A stretch of DNA of 64,000 bases from assembly GCA_049999805.1 (NCBI GenBank), contig JBNGIO010005803.1:77203-141202 (forward strand), written 5' to 3'. Origin of the DNA: Folioceros fuciformis. Taxonomy: Eukaryota. Both the position numbers and the translations under genes were made by a program. Positions 1-9,071 of the stretch are shown here, in pieces; the first letter of the stretch is position 1; each line of letters begins with the position of its first letter. A model generated the notes under the pieces. It made no database searches. It saw only the letters and a list, made by a program, of their open reading frames with translations, and was not told where the DNA came from.

Positions 1-1063
1 GGGGAAACAGGAAGAGAAGAATCATGCGTGGGAGGTGACGGGGTGGGAGGTGCAAGAACCTGAGGAGGGGATCGAGGAACACAAGAATCATGCATGGGAG
101 GTGCAAGCACCTGAGGAGGGGATCGAGAAAGACAAGAATCATGCATGGGAGGTGCAAGCACCTGAGGAGAGGAAGCAGGAGGATGGATGGGGGGAGGCTG
201 AGGCAGCTGGTTGGAAGGAGGCTCCGTCTACATATGGAGATGGCTTCTTTGACTTCCCCTCGGGCTCTCCCTCCGCTTGTCTACAGAATAAGAGTTGGGG
301 ACAGGACTACGTGGACGTAGGGTACTTTGAACGTCAGGTGGAAGTTGGCGGGCAGATCCTGCGAGTAAGGGTGGCATATACAGCGGCAGCAGTGGAGGAC
401 TGGCTGGGAACATGCACAGCTGACGACAAACTGTTCGGCTTCGATGTAGAATGGCGCCCTAACAGATTTAAAGGAGATGAGAACAAGGTGGCCGTGCTGC
501 AGCTTTCGCTGGCTTCCAAATGTCTTCTGGTGCAGCTCCTCTACATAGACCGGATTCCTTTTGCACTTGTGGAGCTGCTGGCTGACCCACACGTGAAGCT
601 GGGGGGAGTGGGAGTAAAGGGTGATACTGAGAAGTTGCTTGAGGACTATGGATTGAGCTGCTGCGGAGAGGTAGACTTGGCCCTGTATGCTGCAGACGTG
701 CTTAACCAGAGGGAGATGCGTCAGGCCGGACTCTCCACACTCTCCCAACACATCCTTCAGCTGCCTTATAAGAAGAGTAAGAATATATCATGCAGCAACT
801 GGGCTGTGGAGGGCTTGAGCTTCCCCCAAATCAGCTACGCGGCCAGCGATGCCTGGATCTCTTATTCTTTGCTTGTTGCTCTGGAAGCCAAAGCACGGTT
901 GAAGCATCAACACCAACCGGCTCAGCCACAGCCAGCCTTGTCAGGTCTGGAGGAGAGAATTCGCATTGTAGAAGAGGTGGCTGCTTTCCTGAAGGCACAG
1001 AAAGCAACCAGCACTCACACGGCTCTTCAAGCAGATCAGGGATCCACGACAGACCACCTGTGA
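1..1063 (+). CDS. DEDDy 3'-5' exonuclease, Werner-syndrome-like (WEX/WRN-exo family); 5'-partial, intronless in the window
   Basis: ExoI FGFDVEWRP, ExoII GVGVKGD, SNW motif and ExoIII QISYAASDAW are all intact. The frame is open back to the window edge; stop TGA 1061-1063. Confidence 0.9.
   Translation, partial: GKQEEKNHAWEVTGWEVQEPEEGIEEHKNHAWEVQAPEEGIEKDKNHAWEVQAPEERKQEDGWGEAEAAGWKEAPSTYGDGFFDFPSGSPSACLQNKSWGQDYVDVGYFERQVEVGGQILRVRVAYTAAAVEDWLGTCTADDKLFGFDVEWRPNRFKGDENKVAVLQLSLASKCLLVQLLYIDRIPFALVELLADPHVKLGGVGVKGDTEKLLEDYGLSCCGEVDLALYAADVLNQREMRQAGLSTLSQHILQLPYKKSKNISCSNWAVEGLSFPQISYAASDAWISYSLLVALEAKARLKHQHQPAQPQPALSGLEERIRIVEEVAAFLKAQKATSTHTALQADQGSTTDHL
15..170 (+). repeat. Coding tandem repeat (~51 bp; KNHAWEVQAPEEGIE) in the exonuclease N-terminus
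   Basis: aagaatcatgc(a/g)tgggaggtg occurs three times, with near-identical 51-bp units from ~83 and ~134. Confidence 0.9.
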
Positions 1064-1433
1064 CAGTAGGCACAAAATGCTAGAGCCTCGGATGCTTCTG
1101 TCCCAAACTGCTAGAGGATGTCTAAAACTTGTCATAACTTGGATCCTTTAACCACTGCAAAGGATAAGATAAGAGCACGACGTTACCCGAACCCAGGGGT
1201 ATTCTTAGTGATACCACAACACCCGTCCATCGTCTAAATGAAACGCTAAGAACCCGTTGGTGCACCTCAAGGAAGTTACAACGACAAGGACTGCTTGTCT
1301 ACACAAGAGACCACCTCCCCTGTGCCCTGTCGCCTAAAGCCTCCACCAGCATCTGCTCTGCAAAATTGCAAATGCTGATGATCCTACGCTCAACAATGAA
1401 AAGACCTACTATCATAAAGCTTCGAAGCCCTGC

Positions 1434-2351
1434 TCACGACCGACCGTAGCCACCTCTGCGTCCACGGCCTCCGCTTCCAAATCTTTGGCTCCCTCTACCA
1501 CCACCCCCACCTCTGGCAAACCCACTTCCTCCACCCCTATTGTACCCACCTCCCCCACCCCTGTTAAACCCACCTCCCCTGCCACCACCCGCTCTCCCAC
1601 GCCCTCCGCCTCCACGCTGCTCCAGACGGTTCTTCGGATGCTTCTCTACCCCGGTGAGCTTCAACAAGTCGATGTGTATCTTGCCATCAGCCGCCACATA
1701 CTTTGCAGGCAAGGGCAGAATCTGGTCACAGCACTTTCTGTAGCTGAAGTCTTCCACGGACCCATCCGTTCTAACAACGTAGTAGCATAACGAGTGCCAA
1801 TCAGGATGTGTTCTCACTTGAAAAGTATCAATACCAGCTCCAATTTTGCTTTGAGCATCCGCATGCCCTTTCAGCAGCAGATCCGTCATCACCATCGCCT
1901 CATACTGCAAAACGCACACGACTCTCAGAACCGAAACACCAAACAGACAGCTTCCCCCAAGAGCTGGCAGACATTCCAGCAGCCTCACCTTGTTCACGTC
2001 GACGTTCTCCGGCCACGTATGAATAAACTTGTAGAAATAGGTGAAGAGCTCCACGGCATCCCGGAACACCTTCGGACCCAGAGCCACCGATTTAGTACCA
2101 CCATCCGCGCCCGCACCTTCCGCCTCCGCTTCCTTACCTTTATCAGCAGGCTGACCTCCCGCGATTCCACCCTCAGCATCAGCATCAGTCTTCACCTTCT
2201 TGGAAGACGGAGAGGCCTGTTCCTTGGGGACCTGCACATCGGCCCCCTCCTCCTCCTCAGCAACACTGCTCTCATCGTCCCTCTTCCTCTTTCCTGCATC
2301 AATGACCATAGCCCCGTCCTCCACAGCCGCCCTCTCTTGTTCCTCCGCCAT
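1434..2351 (-). CDS. DCL/DOMINO1-like (DUF3223, DeCL domain) protein with acidic N-terminus and RGG-rich tail; 2 exons (2351-1989, 1904-1434)
   Basis: LGPKVF...LLLKGHADAQSKIGAGIDTFQVRTHPDWHSLCYYVVRTDGSVEDFSYRKC is typical DUF3223. KRKR NLS-like motif; GT..AG intron 1988-1905 (84 nt). Confidence 0.88.
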   Translation of the reverse strand: MAEEQERAAVEDGAMVIDAGKRKRDDESSVAEEEEGADVQVPKEQASPSSKKVKTDADAEGGIAGGQPADKGKEAEAEGAGADGGTKSVALGPKVFRDAVELFTYFYKFIHTWPENVDVNKVRLLECLPALGGSCLFGVSVLRVVCVLQYEAMVMTDLLLKGHADAQSKIGAGIDTFQVRTHPDWHSLCYYVVRTDGSVEDFSYRKCCDQILPLPAKYVAADGKIHIDLLKLTGVEKHPKNRLEQRGGGGRGRAGGGRGGGFNRGGGGGYNRGGGSGFARGGGGGRGSQRFGSGGRGRRGGYGRS

Positions 2352-2388
2352 GATTACCCGGCACGAATCGACGGAGATGGACAACCCT

Positions 2389-2396
2389 TAGGGTTT
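2389..2396 (-). promoter_or_regulatory. Telo-box (AAACCCTA) ~40 nt upstream of the DOMINO1-like ATG
   Basis: TAGGGTTT on +. Telo-boxes are typical of plant ribosome-biogenesis and translation genes; TGGGCY site-II-like motifs lie nearby (~2596, ~2868). Confidence 0.6.
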
Positions 2397-3170
2397 GGAA
2401 TTGCAGCTTTGCAGCTCGGGCTAGATTGTGATTGGGAGGGACCATACATACACTGTGTACTTTCAGTTTTAATAGCTCATTTCTAGGCCAGCATCGACAG
2501 TACTCGTCCTTTTCAGGATAGCACCTTGCTCGAATGGGTCCTGCCCACCTCGTGAAAAGGAGCTCGGTGGGCGCTGTTCGCAAACCAACTCGGCTTGGGC
2601 TGCAGACTCCACCCTCCCCGGTTGAAAACCATGAGCTTCCTTCCAGGCCTTTGAGGTCTGCGAGGATGGGGATCGATGGAAGCTAATTCTTCCTATCTGG
2701 ATGCATATAGACTTCAGCCTCCCTGGGTCACAACCGCGGGTTTCCTTCCACGCATCTGTGGCCTGGCCAACAAGGATGGGGATCGAATGCCAGTCTTCCT
2801 AGCCTGTTACACTACAGACACGAGAAGGGACAGATGATGACTAAACGGCGTCGCCGAATGATGAGAATGGGCTCAATCACTCGGAAGAACAGGCGGGCCC
2901 GATGTCTCTTGTTTCTCTTGGATAGGAAGGAAGCCTACGCGCTTTCCAACTCACTCACATAATGTACATCCAAAGCACTACTAATGTAGTGCACACATAT
3001 TTGTGTCTGTTAGGTGGCACTTTCTATGCATACATATGCAGGTGTCTACTAGCTAGCATCAGATCAAGCTCCTAGAAAAAGCGGATAATAGTTGCCCAAG
3101 CGGATAATGGTTGGTCCCGGCTTGGGAGAGTTGCATCAACATGTTGAGTGTGTGTAACACCAAGCGAGGG

Positions 3171-3224
3171 CATGTGCTAGGGTTTCTTACTCCATGGATC
3201 ATGTATCGAGAAACCCTAGGCATG
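3171..3224. promoter_or_regulatory. Two telo-boxes in inverted orientation upstream of NAA50
   Basis: CTAGGGTTTCT (3178-3188) and AGAAACCCTAG (3209-3219) are perfect reverse complements, flanked by CATG on both sides. Confidence 0.5.
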
Positions 3225-3442
3225 GGCTTGCGTCACTGCACCCAGTTGGAGACCGATATCCTGGCGAATCCGTCCTAAGTGTGTGCCGGTAGCTTTTCCA
3301 TCCAGCCTATTTTCTTCTATATTGCCTGGGGCTGGCTGTAGGCAGGAGGTTAGGTGGTGGAATGCCTGGAGAGTTGGAGCTGTTCAGTGGTGGTCACTTT
3401 CCTGTTGGAATGCAGATGTGGTGAGCTGTGGGTGCGAGAGAG

Positions 3443-4114
3443 ATGGGGCGTCCGCACGAGGTGGCACTCACTTTCGACAATGTTCGTGACAAGAATGTGA
3501 TGCAGCTGAGGAAGCTGAACACGGCCATCTTTCCAGTGAAGTATCATGACCAATTTTACACTGACGCTCTGTCGTCGGGGGACTTCACCAAGCTAGGTAT
3601 CTTCCGGGGGAAGCTTGGAATCCAGGGATGCGTTGTCGATGCCTACTGTGATTGGGAGATGGTTGCTAAGTTTGCAATTCTGGTATCGTTTCAGCTTACT
3701 ACGGAGATGTGTGTGTGGGCTCAATTGCTTGTCGGCTTGAGAAGAAGGAGGCCGGGGTCTGTTTGTACATCATGACTTTAGGAGTTCTTGCTCCATACCG
3801 AAGGTTGGGCATTGGTGAGGATGACGTGTGTGGTGCTGAATTTCTGGAAGTCGATGCTCTGGATTCCTGGGAGCTGCCTTGAGTTTATCTTCGTCTTTGC
3901 AGGTTCGAAGCTCTTGAAGAACAGCTTGGACCTTTGTGAGCAGGACTCCAATATCGTGGAAGCGTACCTGCATGTGCAGACCAACAATACTGAAGCCATT
4001 GAGTTTTATGAGAAGTTTGGTTTTCAAATCACTCAGACCATTCGTGATTATTACAAACGAATTGAACCTCCTGATTGCTATGTCCTGTCCAAGAGACTAG
4101 GACCAGCTTCGTGA
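3443..4114 (+). CDS. NAA50: N-alpha-acetyltransferase 50 (NatE catalytic subunit); exons 3443-3596, 3695-3814, 3903-4114
   Basis: Spliced product contains NVMQLRKLNTAIFPVKY, AYYGDVCVGSIACRLE, LYIMTLGVLAPYRRLGIGSKLL, YLHVQTNN and YYKRIEPPDCYVLSK. Introns are canonical GT-AG and in phase. Confidence 0.95.
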
Positions 4115-4722
4115 CGTGCTTGAAGCCATTGTTGTGTCCAATCCACCGTGCAATGTAATTCACAATTGAAACATCATAATCATATCCTGTTGTCCTCTTG
4201 CCGCAGCAGCCGACCGTCTAAAGATCACCAGCCGACGTGGAATACCAACCTGCAGAAGTGTTCCATTGGTACATCCAATCAGGCTTGAGTTCAGCGGTGC
4301 TACTTGGGTACAAATCGTAAAACGGTCATCGTTACATAGTATCCCTTCAACTTGCCGCCGCTGAGCTTCGAGATGTTTCGGTGGCACGATGCCTGGACTG
4401 TCTTGCAGGATGATCCACCTGGAGGAGGATGCAAATTGCTTCCCTGGCAGCCTAAGAGGCTGTGCAACTTACGGAAGTTGGCCGGATACAACAAACGTTG
4501 CGTACTGGAGCAGCATCCACAAACATCGCCTCCCAGAATTTTGTGACACCCGAAGTCCTGGGTTCGGGAAAAAGAGTAGGCCGCTGACCAGATTGCGACA
4601 GTCGATCAGAGCTTTGTGTCTCCAAACTAACACAGAATGTCAAAACGAGGTGGGCAAGAGGCTGTGTCCGGTCTGATACGGAGGAGACCCCGTCATTCCA
4701 GTTGTCCGGGTGATACGTGTAG

Positions 4723-5170
4723 GCTTCCATCCGCGTTGCCGGGCCCTGCTGACGAATACTCCGCCAGTAAGAACTCGTGATGTACTATTTGCGCTCACGT
4801 TCTGCTTGGCTGACGAGCTTTCTGACCCTTATTCGTAAGTGTCTTGCAGCTGATCGAAGTGCCAGACTTTGGTCAAGGAATTTGAGCATATGGTGCAGCA
4901 ACACGTTGAGCCAGGTAGTTCTGCGTTCTGTTGATTCCCTAGGTATGAAGGGTAGATCATGGTAAGGGTCGAGGCTGAGGTGTAGGTGAGCCATGTAACC
5001 ATTGGACCGTTGCAGACAGATCCATATCCACCGTCCTCCGTGCACAGAACAACAAGGAAGGGCTCATGGGAGAACTGTCGACCTGAGAAAGTAGCTCACC
5101 AGGCTGGATCGGAGCCAATTGTAGCTGGTGTTGAGGACACTGAAAATGCTACGGTTCCTCCACCACCAGT
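4723..5170 (+). CDS. Putative small 5' exons of the DYW:KP PPR gene (4723-4766, 4850-4914, 5016-5170); start codon unresolved
   Basis: GT-AG introns 4767-4849, 4915-5015 and 5171-5261 (83-101 nt) join stop-free and in phase with the large PPR exon. Confidence 0.45.
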
Positions 5171-5261
5171 GTACGTTCTTTCTCCGGAGTGTGCATTGTG
5201 CTTGGATAGGTTCTTAGATTGCCATCTCGTCTTTCTGCTTACACTACAATGACCTTTGCAG

Positions 5262-8200
5262 GCTGGCAAGGCGTGAAGATGCCTCACACACTGGAACTTG
5301 GAGCAGATTGTGTGCAGATGGAAATTTGGCAGAGGCTGTTGAAGCCATGGAAGACCTAGTACGGAAAGGATGTCACATTTCCCCATCACTCTACTACCTT
5401 GCTCTTAAAGGATCCATTGAACAAAAGGATGTAGATGTTGGCCAACGCATTCACGCACTTGCTTTGAAAAGTGGGTATGCATCAAATACTTTTTTGGCCA
5501 ATCACATTATGCGCATGTATACTTCTCAGGGTAGGTTGCAGGATGCAATGCAGGTCTTCACTACAGTGGCTGCACCAGATGCATTTATGTGGGCCTCCGT
5601 CATTTTGGCGCATTCAGAACATAAGCAGCCGCTGCAGGCTATCAAACTCTATCAGAACATGCGTCAGTCAACTGTGAAAGCAAACAACCACATATTTGTG
5701 GCTGTCCTGAAGGCATGTGCCAATGCTACAGATTTAGTATCTGGTAAGGAGGTTCATGCTGATCTTCTAGCAAGTGCGGTTGAGCCTAACATATTCGTAG
5801 GAAACTGTTTGGTTGACATGTACGCAAAATGTGGGAGTCTGGACAATGCTCGCCGAGTGTTTGATGGACTACCTACAAAAGATGTTGTATCATGGAATAT
5901 TATGATTGCTGGATTCGCCCAGCATGGACTGGCTCGAGAAGCACTTGCCCTTTATGAAAGCATGCAGCAAGAGGACATTGATATGGCCAATCACGTCACA
6001 TTTGCTTCCTTGTTGAAAGCATGTGCTTCTGTCCGGGCTCTTAACGAGGGGAAACAGATTCATTCCCAGATTGAAAAGGGAGGTTTTGAAGCGGATGTCG
6101 TTGTTGGGAACTGTATAGTAGACATGTACGCCAAGTGTGGGAGTGTAGTGGATGCAAGGAGAGTTTTTGACAGCTTACCAGTAAGAGATGTGGTGACGTG
6201 GACTGCCATGCTTGCTGGATATGTTCAGCAAGGGCTAGGGCGAAACGCCCTTGATCTGTACGCCGATATGCAGAGGGAGGCCGCCATCGAAGCAAATCAA
6301 TATACTTATGCCTGCCTTCTAAAAGCATGTGCTAGCATTGGAGCTTTACAGGAGGGCAAGCAGCTTCATTCCCAGATTCGGACAAAGAGACTTGATTTTG
6401 ATGCTGCGATTGCCACTAGCTTAGTGGACATGTATGTGAAGTGTAAAAGCTTGGAGGATGGTCGAACAGTGTTTGATAGGCTGGTCATAAAAGATGTGGG
6501 GACTTGGACTGCCATGATTACAGGATATGTTGACCATGGGCTTGGGCACGAAGCCCTTGTTCTTTACGCTCAGATGTTACAGGAAGGCATTCCAGCCAAT
6601 AGTACCACATATGTGTGCCTCCTGCAAGCATGCACTGACACTGCGAATCTGGTTCAAGGGAAGCAGCTTCATTTTGAACTCCAGGAGCGAGGTTTGGAAA
6701 TAGATGCAGTGATTGGAAGCTGCCTGGTGGACATGTATGCAAAGTGTGGGAGCTTGGACGATGCTCGAAGCGTGTTCAACAGAGTGTCTACAAAGAATGT
6801 GGTTACATGGAATGCAATGATATCAGGGTATGCTCTGTGCGGGCGAGGTCGAGAAGCTCTGACTCTATTTGCAAGCATGCAACGAGAGGCGAACACAGTG
6901 GCAAGTAATTTCACATTCTCATGCCTTCTAAAAGCGTGTGCCAGCATTGGGGCTTTTTATGAAGGCAAGGAGCTTCATTCCCTAATACGGGAACAAGGGC
7001 TTGAAACGGACTTGGTCGTAGGTAACAGCCTGGTGGACATGTATACAAAGTGCGGTAGCTTAGAGGATGCCCGTAGGGTTTTTGACGGACTGTCCTCCAA
7101 GGATGTGGTTACGTGGACTGCGATGATCACAGGATATGCGCAGCATGGACTTGGTCAAGAAGCCCTTTCTCTGTATGAATTGATGCAAAAGGAGGGCATT
7201 ATTCCAGCTAACAATTCTACATTCGTGAGCCTCCTCAAGGCCTGCGCAAGTGTTGGAGATATATACCAGGGCAAGAAGATTCATGCCCAACTCTGCAAAA
7301 GGGGACTGGAAGCAGATGTTGCGGTTGGCAGCAGCCTGGTAAACTTGTATACAAAATCTGGTAGCCTCGATGAAGCTCGCAAGGTCTTTGACAGATTGCC
7401 CACGAGGGATGTTGTAACTTGGAACGTCATGATCACAGGGTATGCTGATAATGACCTCGGACATGAAGCTCTTGCCCTTTATGCGAACTTGCAACATGAG
7501 GGTACAACTGAAGCCAATCCCGCGACCTTTGTGCCCCTTCTGAAAGCATGTGGTTGTGTTGGAGCCTTTCAAGAGGGAAAGCAGCTGCACAGGCAAATTT
7601 TGGAAAGACAGCTGGAAGCTGACGATGTGGTTATTGGTAGCAGCCTGGTGGACATGTATGCAAACTGTGGAAGCTTCGAAGGTGCGCTACAAGTATTTTT
7701 CGGATTGCCCATAAGAACTGTGGCTACATGGACTGCTTTATTGCGTGCCTGCGGTCAAGAGCATGGTGCTCAGAGGGCAATGCAGTATTTCCAGCAGATG
7801 CAGGAGCAGGGGGTTCATCCCAATGAAGAGACATTCCGCTGTCTTATCATGGCCTGCAGTCGTGAGGGCCTGGTGGATGAAGGGCGCCACTGTTTTAGAA
7901 TGATGGTGGAATCATTTGGCATCCAGCCAGGGGTTGATCACTACTTGTGCATGGTTGACCTTTTTGGGCTGACAGGCCACCTAGATGAGGCAGAAATTAT
8001 GTTGCAAACCATGCCATTTGACACTACCAGTAGTGGATGGACATCGTTGCTGAGTGCCTGCACAAGTCATGGTGATATTGAGCGTGGAAGGCGATGCTTT
8101 GACCATCTCACACGATTAGAACCTCAAAATTCAACTGCGTATGTACTTTTGGCAGGGATGTATGCCAATGCAGGCAGATGGGCGGATGTGGATAGCATTG

Positions 8201-8622
8201 AAACCTTGAGAAAGTCAGCGGGTGCTTACAGGAAGCCTGCACGGGCTTGGATTGAAGTGAGCAGCAAGGTCCACTCGTTTATTGTTGCTGAAGACATGGA
8301 TATTTTCCCGAAATTGAGGAGCCTTGCTCTGCAACTGAAGGATGGAAATGGTCATGTCCTAGAAGCAGAGATTGTGAAAGAAGTTTTTGACAAGGAAGAC
8401 GTGTTGTGTGGGCACGCTGAGAAACTGGCTATGGCCTATGGTCTTCGGAACACTCCTGATGGTGCAACATTGCTGGTCACCAAAAATGTGCAGATGTGCA
8501 AGGACTGTCACACCTACTGCAAAGGAATCTCTAGGGTTGACAAGCGAAATATAATAGTTCGAGACGCACATCACCTGCACCATTTCATGGATGGGGAATG
8601 CACATGTTCGCTTCAGTATTGA
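5262..8622 (+). CDS. PLS-class PPR protein (~26 motifs, E1-E2) with complete DYW:KP-type deaminase domain; candidate U-to-C organellar RNA editing factor
   Basis: Regular P-L-S triplets, then KPARAWIEV (KP box instead of PG box), a shortened gating region, CGHAEKLA (HAE), CKDCH and HHFMDGECTC, ending SLQY. Splice acceptor at 5260-5261. Confidence 0.93.
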
Positions 8623-9071
8623 CAACCAGACGAGTGCACGTTCTTATAACTATTGAGCCATTTGGAAGTAGCGGTGTTTAACCGGGGAAAATAGAGGAGG
8701 TAGGTCGGTATCTAACTTCTTTCCTTTCGCAAAATGTATTATTTCCTTGTAGCTGCTGATCTTGAGCTTTTGTTCGCAGCTTCTGGCACAACTTCTTTTG
8801 CCCCCTTGCTCCGAAGGTAAAAGGCTGGTCTGTTCAGTAAAAACAGACATCTGTGGCTCCAGGTGACGGTTTGGTGTGGAGGTGGTTTTCAGTAAGATCT
8901 GTCTCGTAAGTTTCACCGCGTGGGTTGTCTCTTGAAAGAAGCATCTTCCACAGCACATGCGCATGTACTAAAGCTCTAATTCAGTTTCCCGACTTACTAC
9001 TTGCGAAATAAGGCAGGTAGGTATGCCATGAACTCTGACCCACCACAACGCCGCGAAGCGAATGCGGTAAT

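Noticed and set aside
3597-3694. NAA50 intron 1 donor GTATCTTC as a U12-type intron
   Set aside because: It deviates from GTATCCTT and has no TCCTTAAC branch site.
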